Source of the DNA: a virus
Reading direction: 5' to 3' (one strand)
DNA: 58,095 nt
Virus record (IMG/VR): IMGVR_UViG_3300037454_000132
Location: 1 to 58,095 of that record
Made by a program: the position numbers and the translations under genes. Shown here piece after piece: positions 34,787-44,427 of the stretch; the stretch's first letter is position 1, and the number at the start of each line of letters is the position of its first letter. Under the pieces are notes generated by a model. That model had not been told where the DNA came from. It made no database searches and saw nothing but the letters and a program-made list of their open reading frames with translations.

Positions 34787-37700
34787 ATGCAAAGCGTACC
34801 CGCCAACTGGGGCAGCATTTTTTCGGCCTCTCACAAAACAGAGTATCGCTTTACGGTAAACGGCGTGAACTATGAGGGCGACGACCTGAAAGACACGCCG
34901 GTTATCGTCAAGCCCCTGCTGGATAAACCCGCAATCGGGCGGTGCTGTACCGGGCAAGCGAAATTCAAAATCTACCCGAAAGGCACGATCCCGAAAGCGG
35001 CAACGGTTGACGCCTATTGCCGGTTGCGTTCTGCAACCGGCAATACCGTTACCAACTGGATTCCGCAGGGCAAATTTTACATTTCCAACCGCAAGGGAAA
35101 AGACCTGCTGGAAATCACCTGCCTTGACCGCATGATTAAGGCCGGGGTTACGTACCGCGACAAGTGCAATTTCAATTCGTGGCCGCAGCCTATGACCTCT
35201 GTGGTCAGCGATATTTGCCGGATCATGGGCGTCTCTCTGGACGCCCGGACGGTAATCAAAACCGGCGCGGGTTACACCGTTGACTACCCGAATGACGACG
35301 TTCTTATCTCTGAAATTCTGGGGATGATCGGCGCAGCTCACGGCGGCAACTGGATCATTACGGAGGCCGGAAAGCTCCGGCTGGTAGTGCTGGCTTCCCC
35401 CTCCGGCGACGCCGTACAGATTCTTGGAAAGGCTCACACGGGCTTTGTGGAGCGCGGCAAGACACAGACGATCAGCCGCGTCATTCTGGTAGACGACGCC
35501 GATAACGAGTTTACGGCTGGCGACGATTCCGGCCTGACGATCAGCGCGAAGTGCAACTATGCTACACAGGCGATAGCGTCAGCCCTTTGCAGCGCGGGAG
35601 GCATCCCGATTGACAACGGCTGTCTGACGATCCCGGACGCGGCTTTTTCAAACGGCATGATTTCCGTGGGCGCTGGCACCGTGGCGAACGGCAAAATTGA
35701 CCTGCAAACCGCCTCTGTGCTGTACGGTGTGATCTTTGAGCCGTACACGCTCTCCGGGGCGTATCTCAATCCGGCTGTTGAACTGGGCGACACCATGTCC
35801 GTCACAGACCGGGCGGGGAACGTCCATCGGGTAGTTGTGTTCTCCGTCAACATGAGCTGTACGGTTTCCTGTACGTGTTCTCTGTCCGCCCTGATTGACG
35901 GGGAAACGGAGGACGAATACCCGTACATCACCATGCAGGACTTGACCCTGAAACGGGCAGTACGGACGGATCAGACCTATTTCGGCAACCGGATCAACCG
36001 CTCTGAGGGTTTTGTAAGTGAACTGCTTGTCAATGACGTAGTGACCGCGCGCATGACCGCGAATGCGTCAAAGTTTTCGATGCAGTCCAAAGAGGGTAAT
36101 AGCTGGATTGACCGCATTTACTTTGACAACCTGACGGGAAAGTACGTTATCACCGGCGACGTGACTGTACAGGGCCTTGCGACGTTCAAAAGTGAGCTGG
36201 CCGTAAGCGGCTCCACGGTCATTAACGGCGGCAATATCACAACCGGGCAGATCAAGAGCAACAACGGCAGCGGCTTCACGATTGACCTGACCAACGGCAC
36301 AATCAGCGTCGGCAACAAAGACCTGAATACCGCGCTGAACGCCATTGATAACGAAATTGCTATCAGCGCAACGGCGCAGATGTTCACGAAAGCGGCTGAG
36401 GCGTCGTCCTATTCTCCGGCAAGTATCACGCTCACGGCGGTTTCCACGAACACCCTTGCGTCCTATCAGTGGTACAAAAACAATACGGCCATGAGCGGTA
36501 AGACCGCTCGGACACTGACCATTACGCCCAGTGACATAAGCGGCACGTCCGCGACGTTCAAGGTGGTAGGCACGGATTCTGGCGGACAGACCTACACGGA
36601 CGTTATGACGATTGCAAAGCTGGCGGACGGTGCAGACGGCGACCCCGGCGCAAAAGGTGACAAGGGGGATAAAGGCGATAAGGGCGACAAGGGAGATTCC
36701 GGCGTCGGTATCAGCTCCGTTGTGGAATACTACGCCATCAATAACAGCTCGTCCACGGCTCCGGCTGACAGCGCCTTTTCGACTACGGTACAGTCCCCGA
36801 CAAACGCAAACCGCTACCTGTGGAACTATGAACTTCTCACCTATTCTGACGGCTCCACCACAAAGACGCCGAAGCACGTTGCGGCGGTTTACGGTCAGAA
36901 AGGCGATACGGGCGACCCCGGCAGTCCGGGCGACCCCGGCAAGGGCATTGTGTCCATCACGGAATACTATGCTGTTAATAACTCCACGACGGCCCCGGTT
37001 GACAGCGCCTTTTCGACCTCGGTACAGACGCCGACAGCTTCAAACAAATACCTGTGGAACTATGAGCTGATTTCCTATACGGACGGCACGACGGCGAAAA
37101 CCGACAAGCGGATCATAGGAACATACGGCGACAAGGGCGATACGGGCGATCCCGGCAGTCCGGGCGTCGGCATTTCCTCGATCACTGAATACTACGCAAT
37201 CAACAACTCCACAACCGCCCCTGCGGACAGCGCCTTTTCGACTACCGTAAAGACGCCGACGACTTCAAACCGCTATCTGTGGAACTATGAGCTTGTCACG
37301 TACTCCAACGGAACGACGACAAAGCTGAGTAAGCACATTGCGGCAGTCTACGGTCAGACCGGTACGAAAGGCGACACGGGTAGTCAAGGTGATCCGGGCG
37401 TCGGCATTGCGTCCATCGTCGAATACTACGCTGTCAACAATTCCACAACGGCCCCCGACGACAACACCTTTTCCACCGTCGTTCTTTCGCCTACGTCGTC
37501 GAATAAGTACCTGTGGAACTATGAGCTGATTACCTATACCGACAATACGACGCACAAGACCGACAAGCGGATCATTGGCACCTACGGCGAGAAAGGCAGC
37601 AAGGGCAATAAAGGTGATAAGGGCGACGCTGGCGAGGACAGCTATACGGCGATTCTCAGCAATGAGTACATTGAGATTCCCGTAAACGTAGAAAGAAAAC

Positions 37701-39553
37701 CCCTGACCGCAAAAACCTATACCTGCGTCGTGTCCGTGTATAAGGGCATTACGGCTATGACGGCCACGCTCGACACCCCCGCAGCCGGTCAATTCAAGGT
37801 TGCTACGGGTACGGCTCCTACAGGCGTTACCGTCGCACAGTCCACGGCTGGAACGATCACCCTGACCGTTGCGACGAATAAAGCTATCATCGACGCCTCT
37901 GAGCTGGCCTTGACGATCACGGTTTACGGCGGGATTACGGTCAACGCGAAAATCTCCATCCACGCGAACATGAACGATGTGACGGTCACGCAGCAGTCCA
38001 GCATCGAACAGAACGCGACCAACATCACCCTGAAAGTCAGCAAGAATAGCGTTATCAGTGAGATTAACCAGAGCGCCGAACAGATCACCATTTCCGCCGC
38101 AAAGATCAATCTCTCCGGGCTGATTACCGCCATCAACGCTGACGGTCAGACCTCGACCATCGACGGCAGCAAAATCACTACGGGAACGGTCACAGCTACA
38201 CAGATTGCAGCTTCGACTATTACCGGCTCAAAGATCGCCTCCAACACCATTACGGCGTCCAACATCAAGGCAAGTACGATCACCGGCGCAAAAATCGCCT
38301 CTGAAACCATTACGGCGACCAACATAGCTGCCGGTACGATCACGGCAACGCAAATCGCCTCCGGTACGATCACCGCAACGCAGATCGCGGCCTCTACCAT
38401 TACCGGGGCAAAAATCGCGTCACAAACCATCGAGGCCGAGAACATCAAGTCCGGCACGATCACCGCCACCCAAATTGCGGCAAGCACCATCACCGGTGCG
38501 AAAATTGCGTCACAAACCATCGAGGCCGGGAACATCAAGTCCGGCACGATAACAGCAACACAGATCGCGTCCGGGACGATTACGGCAACTCAAATCGCCT
38601 CCGGGACGATTACCGCAACGCAGATCGCGGCATCGACCATCACCGGCGCGAAAATTGCGGCGAACACCATTGAGGCCGGAAACATCAAGGCAAGCACCAT
38701 TACCGGCGCAAAAATCGCATCGAACACCATTGAGGCCGGGAACATCAAGGCCGGAGCTATTACGGCGGACAAGATCGCATCTGGCGCTATCACCGCGAAC
38801 ATGATTACCTCTGGCACAATGTCAGCGGATCGCATTTCGGGCGGCACGATTGACGCAAACAACGTCACGATCACAAACCTTGACGTTTCCAACGCTCACA
38901 TTCAGACGATTTACGCCTATTCTTCGTCCTACTATGTCGCTCTGAAAACCTCTGGTACTACAACGCTGTACGTAGGTAGTGACGGGGCGTGGGCGGGTAT
39001 GTCGTATGTGTATGTATACGCGACGACCTCTTTTGAGGTTGGGAAATACGGAGCGTCGGATTGGTCGTACCGTTTGTGTTTTGATACCGTAAACCGTGAA
39101 CTCAAGCCAAACGGAACGAGCGTTTATGCGTGGGCGCTTGGAACAAGCGTTCGTCCATTCAAAGCAGGTTATTTCACGGAACTCTACGTGAATGGGACGG
39201 CAGTTACCGGAGGTACACCTACAATCTCTGTGCTGACTGGGAGCGGTACATATAACACGCTCACGTTGAACAGCTCAAGGCAGCTCGTACCCGGCTATAG
39301 CGGGACAAGCAGCACCTATGGTATTTCACTGGGAACCAGCAGCTACCCGTTTTATGCTCTGTACACGCACATTGCCAGTCTTGGTACGACAAGCACTTTG
39401 TCAAAGATCAGTTTCTTTGGCGCGACACTTTACGCAAAACAGACGGTCAATAAGATTTCATCCCCATCGTCCGCGACAGCGGCCACGATTGCGACAAAAG
39501 TAAATGACCTGTTGACCGCCCTGAAAAACTACGGTCTTATCGCAAGCAGCTAA
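34787..39553 (+). CDS. Tail-associated/tail fibre protein (1588 aa), modular
   Basis: Tal-like N-terminus, collagen-like GDKGDKGDKG tracts, four ~75-80-aa repeats, a long xITAxxIAxG decapeptide array, and a C-terminal tip ending KVNDLLTALKNYGLIASS. Confidence 0.85.
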   Translation: MQSVPANWGSIFSASHKTEYRFTVNGVNYEGDDLKDTPVIVKPLLDKPAIGRCCTGQAKFKIYPKGTIPKAATVDAYCRLRSATGNTVTNWIPQGKFYISNRKGKDLLEITCLDRMIKAGVTYRDKCNFNSWPQPMTSVVSDICRIMGVSLDARTVIKTGAGYTVDYPNDDVLISEILGMIGAAHGGNWIITEAGKLRLVVLASPSGDAVQILGKAHTGFVERGKTQTISRVILVDDADNEFTAGDDSGLTISAKCNYATQAIASALCSAGGIPIDNGCLTIPDAAFSNGMISVGAGTVANGKIDLQTASVLYGVIFEPYTLSGAYLNPAVELGDTMSVTDRAGNVHRVVVFSVNMSCTVSCTCSLSALIDGETEDEYPYITMQDLTLKRAVRTDQTYFGNRINRSEGFVSELLVNDVVTARMTANASKFSMQSKEGNSWIDRIYFDNLTGKYVITGDVTVQGLATFKSELAVSGSTVINGGNITTGQIKSNNGSGFTIDLTNGTISVGNKDLNTALNAIDNEIAISATAQMFTKAAEASSYSPASITLTAVSTNTLASYQWYKNNTAMSGKTARTLTITPSDISGTSATFKVVGTDSGGQTYTDVMTIAKLADGADGDPGAKGDKGDKGDKGDKGDSGVGISSVVEYYAINNSSSTAPADSAFSTTVQSPTNANRYLWNYELLTYSDGSTTKTPKHVAAVYGQKGDTGDPGSPGDPGKGIVSITEYYAVNNSTTAPVDSAFSTSVQTPTASNKYLWNYELISYTDGTTAKTDKRIIGTYGDKGDTGDPGSPGVGISSITEYYAINNSTTAPADSAFSTTVKTPTTSNRYLWNYELVTYSNGTTTKLSKHIAAVYGQTGTKGDTGSQGDPGVGIASIVEYYAVNNSTTAPDDNTFSTVVLSPTSSNKYLWNYELITYTDNTTHKTDKRIIGTYGEKGSKGNKGDKGDAGEDSYTAILSNEYIEIPVNVERKPLTAKTYTCVVSVYKGITAMTATLDTPAAGQFKVATGTAPTGVTVAQSTAGTITLTVATNKAIIDASELALTITVYGGITVNAKISIHANMNDVTVTQQSSIEQNATNITLKVSKNSVISEINQSAEQITISAAKINLSGLITAINADGQTSTIDGSKITTGTVTATQIAASTITGSKIASNTITASNIKASTITGAKIASETITATNIAAGTITATQIASGTITATQIAASTITGAKIASQTIEAENIKSGTITATQIAASTITGAKIASQTIEAGNIKSGTITATQIASGTITATQIASGTITATQIAASTITGAKIAANTIEAGNIKASTITGAKIASNTIEAGNIKAGAITADKIASGAITANMITSGTMSADRISGGTIDANNVTITNLDVSNAHIQTIYAYSSSYYVALKTSGTTTLYVGSDGAWAGMSYVYVYATTSFEVGKYGASDWSYRLCFDTVNRELKPNGTSVYAWALGTSVRPFKAGYFTELYVNGTAVTGGTPTISVLTGSGTYNTLTLNSSRQLVPGYSGTSSTYGISLGTSSYPFYALYTHIASLGTTSTLSKISFFGATLYAKQTVNKISSPSSATAATIATKVNDLLTALKNYGLIASS
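36636..37640 (+). repeat. Four tandem 224-237-bp coding repeats separated by collagen-like G-X-Y tracts (inside the fibre gene)
   Basis: Units start near 36701, 36938, 37162 and 37397. Each encodes G(V/K)GI.S..EYYA.NNS.TAP.D..FST.V..PT..N.YLWNYEL..Y..G...K. Confidence 0.85.
38170..38880 (+). repeat. Decapeptide (30-bp) repeat array inside the fibre gene
   Basis: Motifs such as ITATQIASGT, ITGAKIASQT and IEAGNIKSGT are iterated more than 20 times. Near-identical ~90-bp DNA blocks occur around 38380-38640. Confidence 0.85.
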
Positions 39554-39583
39554 ACCCAAAATCAAAATAGGAGGCTACACAAA

Positions 39584-39955
39584 ATGAAGATGGGAAAACT
39601 CGTGGAGGCGCTTCCCGCGCTTCAAAAACTGGCGGCTGCGGAGCTGACACCGAAAACGCTCTACTGGGTAAGCAAGCTCATGTCGAAGATCGACAAAGAG
39701 CTTGATTTTTTCAATGAGCAACGGCTGAAAGCTCTCTCAGAGCTGGGGACGGAGGTAGAGCCGGACAAGTGGAAGATCGACCCGGATAAACGCCCCGTCT
39801 TTGAGGAACGCATGACGGAGCTTGCCAACATCGACGTTGACGAGACGTTCAAGGTTGTCAAGCTCCCCATGTCCGAAAATGTCAGCCTGTCCTACAATGA
39901 CCTGCGGTCTTTGGAGGGACTTGTTGAACTCGACTTTGTTGAGGAAACTGAATGA
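39584..39955 (+). CDS. Hypothetical protein (123 aa)
   Basis: AGGAGG lies upstream. A GCTACAC motif sits between the SD and the ATG. Confidence 0.6.
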   Translation: MKMGKLVEALPALQKLAAAELTPKTLYWVSKLMSKIDKELDFFNEQRLKALSELGTEVEPDKWKIDPDKRPVFEERMTELANIDVDETFKVVKLPMSENVSLSYNDLRSLEGLVELDFVEETE

Positions 39956-39970
39956 AAGGACGGTACTCAA

Positions 39971-40201
39971 ATGAAAGCTGTGTCTGTCAAGCCGGTAAGC
40001 GTTGACGGGAACGGGCGTCAGGTTGTGGATGCTTTTCTTGTGTCCGACACGACCCCTAACCCGCTGCCGACTACCGGCGCGGGGATCGTAGGCTTGGGCG
40101 AAAACTACGTCTTTGCCCCGCTCTCCATCCTCTACGTCGTCGGAGCGGTGACGACAAAAATCTACATTGCCAACGAATCCGGGCAATTCGTTGCGCAGTA
40201 A
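39971..40201 (+). CDS. Hypothetical protein (76 aa)
   Basis: Clean ORF in the tail-accessory block. Confidence 0.55.
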   Translation: MKAVSVKPVSVDGNGRQVVDAFLVSDTTPNPLPTTGAGIVGLGENYVFAPLSILYVVGAVTTKIYIANESGQFVAQ

Positions 40202-40214
40202 GGAGGCCCAAAGC

Positions 40215-40730
40215 ATGGATAGTAACGCGGTAAAACTCGCCATTGTCTTTGCGCAGAACGCTTTGAGGGACGCGAACGCCTACACCGACACGGCTATTGC
40301 CGCCATCATCAACGGCTTGCAGTACCGGGGCGCTGTGGACTACTACGCCGACCTTGCGAACGTGGCGCGGAAGATCGGCTACGTGTACACAGTCAAGTAC
40401 AAGGGCGACAGCGGCGAAGTGCCTGACGGTACGGAATACGTCTGGGGCGAATATCAGGACGTGGCTCAGTGGATTCCGCTTGGCCCTGATATTACCAGCA
40501 AGGCGGACAAGGTAGCAAATCCGACCAGCGGCCACTTTGCCGGACTGGATTCAAACGGCAATCTCACGGACAGCGGTAAAGGCCCGAACGACTTTTACAC
40601 GTCCGAAGATCGGGGCGCGATCAACGGTATCGCCGCGCTGGATCAGTCCGGGTGCGTCCCGCCCTCTCAGCTTCCCGTTTCGTGCGGTATCTCCAACATG
40701 GAGCTGCGCATCAACACTGAACTCATTTAA
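40215..40730 (+). CDS. Putative tail fibre accessory protein (171 aa)
   Basis: AAGGAGG lies before ATG40215. The C-terminal segment GAINGIAALDQSGCVPPSQLP resembles fibre-like proteins. Confidence 0.5.
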   Translation: MDSNAVKLAIVFAQNALRDANAYTDTAIAAIINGLQYRGAVDYYADLANVARKIGYVYTVKYKGDSGEVPDGTEYVWGEYQDVAQWIPLGPDITSKADKVANPTSGHFAGLDSNGNLTDSGKGPNDFYTSEDRGAINGIAALDQSGCVPPSQLPVSCGISNMELRINTELI

Positions 40731-40745
40731 GGAGGACAAAAAGCA

Positions 40746-41843
40746 ATGTCTATGAATCCCTTTGTTGACCGGTTTTCGGTCAACGGCGGCGCAAGCAACG
40801 CCGTTATCGGCGCAAGCGGCGATAGGTACTACGAGGGCGTAGACCTGACGCTGAAATTCGCAACAGAAATTGCCGCCTCTCCCTACAGCGGCAACCCGTG
40901 GGCGTGGATCAAGGCCCGTATTCAGGCTGCGGATTTCACCGGCATCCACGTGAACGACTACATCCCGTTCGTGACCACGGACAACAAGACCCTGAAAGCC
41001 TGTGTGGGCGGCATCAACACCTACAAGGGCTACGGCGACACGGCGGTAGGCAATCACATTGATTTCATCTGCCGTGAGCTGTGGCCTACCAGAAAGCCCG
41101 TCAACCCCGTCAACTACAACAACGGCCTGATCCCCGTCGAAACCCTGACCGGCGACGGTACGACCACTACCTTTGTTCTGGCAAAGGAAATGGACGGTAT
41201 CGCCTCCGTCACGCAGGGCGGCGAGGGCTTGACTGGCTACACCTACGACGCCTCCACGTTCACGCTGACCTTTGCGGAGGCTCCCGCCGCTGGCACGATC
41301 ACCGTCACCGGCACCGGCACGGAACATCCGTGGCTGGCCTCTGACCTCTATCACTGGCTGAACAGCCTTGCCGGTCAGGTGCCGAACGGTACGGGCCTCA
41401 ATCCCGCCGTGAAGCACGTGGATTACACGCAGGGCGGCGTGTACTACTACCTCCCGGCCAACCTGAAAAACGTGATCGTGGAAAAGAGGGCGTACCTGCC
41501 GAAGCGGTACAGCGCGTCCGGTCTGCTTTCCGACGACAACGCCGGAGCGTGGGCCGATATTGGCAAGCTGTGGCTCCCGTCCGAATACGAGGTCTACGGT
41601 GGCCCCGTCTGGGGCGGCAAGAACGGCTATGCGCTGGCCGGTAACTGCGTGCAGTACCCGATTTTCGCCCACAACATGAACCGCGTCAAGAACAGGAGCG
41701 GTAGCCGGGAGCGGTGGTGGGTACTCTCTGTCTATTCAGGCAATACCACGGATTGGTGCCATGTCAACAACAGCGGCGGTGCCGGCAACACCGGCGCGTC
41801 CTACACCAGCCGTGCCGCGCCCGTCTGCTTCCGTATCTCATAA
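40746..41843 (+). CDS. DGR target protein 1 (C-type-lectin-like/DUF1566-like variable C-terminus)
   Basis: Its 3' end carries VR1. The C-terminus is WWVLSVYSGNTTDWCHVNNSGGAGNTGASYTSRAAPVCFRIS. Confidence 0.85.
   Translation: MSMNPFVDRFSVNGGASNAVIGASGDRYYEGVDLTLKFATEIAASPYSGNPWAWIKARIQAADFTGIHVNDYIPFVTTDNKTLKACVGGINTYKGYGDTAVGNHIDFICRELWPTRKPVNPVNYNNGLIPVETLTGDGTTTTFVLAKEMDGIASVTQGGEGLTGYTYDASTFTLTFAEAPAAGTITVTGTGTEHPWLASDLYHWLNSLAGQVPNGTGLNPAVKHVDYTQGGVYYYLPANLKNVIVEKRAYLPKRYSASGLLSDDNAGAWADIGKLWLPSEYEVYGGPVWGGKNGYALAGNCVQYPIFAHNMNRVKNRSGSRERWWVLSVYSGNTTDWCHVNNSGGAGNTGASYTSRAAPVCFRIS
41715..41835 (+). repeat. DGR variable region VR1
   Basis: 121 nt aligned to TR 42414-42534 with 15 mismatches. 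Fourteen are at TR adenines and one is at TR T42511. Confidence 0.9.
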
Positions 41844-41858
41844 TCTGTTTTGGCAATC

Positions 41859-41877
41859 CGCGCCCCTTGTGGGCGCG
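41859..41877 (+). promoter_or_regulatory. GC hairpin downstream of VR1 (DGR target-recognition hairpin candidate)
   Basis: CGCGCCC-cttgt-GGGCGCG, about 24 nt after the VR end. The same sequence follows VR2. Confidence 0.7.
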
Positions 41878-41894
41878 CACAGGAGAAATGGATT

Positions 41895-42362
41895 ATGAGT
41901 AACGTGCTGAAACGATTTCAGGGGATCAGCGAAATGGAGTTTTACCATACCGCTGACGACCTGCGCACGGAGCTTTCCAGTTTGTTGTACAGGGATAAGG
42001 TTGTCCCGAAAAAGTATCGGTACAACGTCACGTATGCGGCGGTAGACGCCGTAAACCGCATGATGCGGCTGATGCACCGGGCCAACCGAAAATCCCTGTA
42101 CGACCCGGAGGAAGTAAAAGAACGCCGTGACCTACAGCAAGAGTGTATCGAATGCCTTGACGAGATTTGCGAGATCATCCAGTACGCGATTCGCAATGTG
42201 TGGTGGCAAAAGCTACACGCGGTAAACAAGGAAACGGGAGAGCCGACACAGGAACGGTTGCTTTTGGAAAAGCACCTGACCGATATAGGCGATCTGATTG
42301 ACCGCGAAGATCGTTTACTCAAAGGCTGGAAACGCTCTACAAGACTTCTCAAAAACAAATAA
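41895..42362 (+). CDS. avd: DGR accessory variability determinant (Avd-like)
   Basis: 155-aa helical, basic protein located between target and TR. AGGAG lies before ATG41895. Confidence 0.75.
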   Translation: MSNVLKRFQGISEMEFYHTADDLRTELSSLLYRDKVVPKKYRYNVTYAAVDAVNRMMRLMHRANRKSLYDPEEVKERRDLQQECIECLDEICEIIQYAIRNVWWQKLHAVNKETGEPTQERLLLEKHLTDIGDLIDREDRLLKGWKRSTRLLKNK

Positions 42363-42413
42363 GCAAATCGGTTATTTTCTGCTGCATAAAATCCTGAGAG
42401 TAGCCGGGATAAT

Positions 42414-42534
42414 TGGTGGGTACTCTCTGTCTATTCAGGCAATACCACGAATTGGTGCAATGTCAACAACAACGGCAATGCCAACAACAACAACGCGTCC
42501 AACACCAACATTGCCGCGCCCGTCTGATTCCGTA
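42414..42534 (+). repeat. DGR template repeat (TR)
   Basis: Non-coding copy of the VRs, rich in AAC triplets (caacaacaacggcaatgccaacaacaacaac). No downstream GC hairpin. Confidence 0.9.
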
Positions 42535-42758
42535 AAACACCGCTGATTCCGAAACAGCATATCCCCTATGGCCCGTATAGAGTAAGCGCCCCGCGCGCTG
42601 AAATTAGTGCCTACCCCAAAGCAAATGTTTACGGAAGGAGAAAATAACCGTCCCGAATCGAAAAGGGTAAATACGCACCGTGACGCGGCTGGCCGGACGC
42701 TTCTTGCATGGCCGGGGATGGCGACTGAGCTGACGGAATCCAGCAAGTACCCGGTTAC

Positions 42759-44087
42759 ATGACCATTGCCGCTATGGAGATCACAACGCGCCCCTACAAT
42801 AACACTCTGCGCGGTGCTTTCCCCCAGTTGAAAGAGGCAAACGAATTGAATAGTCAGGAACGACACGAAGCGCGCTACCAGCGCCGGAAAGCAGCACGGG
42901 CCGCGAAACGTCGGGAGAAGATCGGAAAGTATGACGACTTTGACCGGCTATCCTCCGTCCCCGCGATCCTCCATGCGAACTGGGAAACGCGGCAGGGCGT
43001 GATGTTCAAGGCAAACGTAGCGCGATACAACATGAATTATTACAAGAACGCTACACGGCAGTCAAAGGATTTGCGCGAGGGAAAAGACGTGCGGCGGTCA
43101 TTCTACGTTTTCGATATTCGGGAGCGTGGGAAGCTGCGGCACATTCACAGTCTGCATTACTCCGAACGTGTGATCCGGCGCTCCGCCTGTACCAACGCCT
43201 TTGTTCCTGTTCTCTCAAACGGTCTGATTTACGACAACGGGGCAAGCCTGAAAGGAAAAGGCGTGTCTTTCGCTGCGAATCGGTGTGAGGCACACTTGCA
43301 TAAGTATTTCCGGGAAACCGGGAGCAATGAGGGTTATATCCTGATAATCGACTTCAAAGGCTACTTTGACCATATTCTGCATGAGCCTTTGAAAGAACTC
43401 ATTGACCGGGCGTTTGAGGACAAGCGGATTGTCAACTTGAGCTACAGCTTTATCGACGCGACCAACCGGGACAAGCCGCCCGAACAACACGGGCAGGGCT
43501 TGTACATCGGGCCGGAGGACAGTCAGATTTACGCCGTCGCCTACCCAAATCGGATTGACCACAAGATCAAAGACGAGCTGCGGCAAAAGTATTACAACCG
43601 CTACATGGACGATTCCTACATCATTCACCGCGATAAGGACGTTCTACAGGCTATTCTTGACGTTCTGCTGAAAGAGTACGCGAAATACGGTATTATCCCT
43701 AACCCGAAGAAAACGCAGATCGTGAAGCTCTCAAAGGGCTTTACGTACCTTAAAACCCGCTATTACCTGACCGAAACCGGACGGGTAATCAAAAAGGCGG
43801 ATCATAGCTGCATCGTGCGCGAAAGGCGGAAGCTGAAAAGGCTACACGGGCTGTACGTGGCAGGTGAGGTTACACTTGACCAAATCGTACAGTCCTATAT
43901 GTCGTGGCGCGGCTCAATCCTGAAACGGGATGCCTACCGCTCTGTGCAAAGCATGGACGCCCTGTTCTTTGGACTTTACGGCGTCAAGCCGTGGAGAAAT
44001 CTTAAAAAGAAACGAGGTAAGTACAATGGACGAAACCCGCGATCAGATCATCGGGGAGATTACCGCCCTGAAATCCCTGCTGCGTGA
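42759..44087 (+). CDS. DGR reverse transcriptase
   Basis: LYIGPEDSQIYA (DGR-type IGxxxSQ) and NRYMDDSYI (YxDD). Confidence 0.9.
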   Translation: MTIAAMEITTRPYNNTLRGAFPQLKEANELNSQERHEARYQRRKAARAAKRREKIGKYDDFDRLSSVPAILHANWETRQGVMFKANVARYNMNYYKNATRQSKDLREGKDVRRSFYVFDIRERGKLRHIHSLHYSERVIRRSACTNAFVPVLSNGLIYDNGASLKGKGVSFAANRCEAHLHKYFRETGSNEGYILIIDFKGYFDHILHEPLKELIDRAFEDKRIVNLSYSFIDATNRDKPPEQHGQGLYIGPEDSQIYAVAYPNRIDHKIKDELRQKYYNRYMDDSYIIHRDKDVLQAILDVLLKEYAKYGIIPNPKKTQIVKLSKGFTYLKTRYYLTETGRVIKKADHSCIVRERRKLKRLHGLYVAGEVTLDQIVQSYMSWRGSILKRDAYRSVQSMDALFFGLYGVKPWRNLKKKRGKYNGRNPRSDHRGDYRPEIPAA

Positions 44088-44427
44088 TACCGATTATGAG
44101 GTCACGAAGTATGCCGAGGGCCTGACGGCCTGTACCACTCAGGCCGAGATCGAAGCCTACCGGGAGGCTTTCATGGCCCAGTACGGGGAGGTTATCGCCA
44201 ACCGGCAGACGTGGAGAAACAAGATCAGAGAGCTTGAGGAAGCCCTTGACGCTCTGGACGACGAAGCTGCTGAGGACGAGCCGGAGCCGGAGGGCGAGGA
44301 CGACGAATGGCCTGTGACCCCCGAAGTGAACGACGGTGAGCCTGAACCGGAGAGCGAGGACGAGCCGGAGGGTGAGGATGCCCCCGGCGAGGATGCCCCC
44401 GCCGCCGAGGACGATTCCGAGGACTGA
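44026..44427 (+). CDS. Hypothetical protein with highly acidic C-terminus (133 aa)
   Basis: Internal ATG of ORF 43930..44427, overlapping the RT 3' end. The tail is rich in DDEAAEDEPEPEGEDDE. Confidence 0.55.
   Translation: MDETRDQIIGEITALKSLLRDTDYEVTKYAEGLTACTTQAEIEAYREAFMAQYGEVIANRQTWRNKIRELEEALDALDDEAAEDEPEPEGEDDEWPVTPEVNDGEPEPESEDEPEGEDAPGEDAPAAEDDSED

Larger units (their letters stand above)
40746..44087 (+). mobile_element. Diversity-generating retroelement cassette (target-avd-TR-RT)
   Basis: TR/VR pair with adenine-specific mismatches, an Avd-like ORF, and an RT with IGxxxSQ and YMDD motifs. Confidence 0.9.

Noticed and set aside
42298-42546. 82-aa ORF spanning the DGR template repeat, and the similar ORF 54313..54591 across VR2 in another frame.
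   Set aside because: The region is the non-coding TR (AAC-rich) between avd and the RT. The ORF has no RBS and its peptide is low-complexity T/P-rich.
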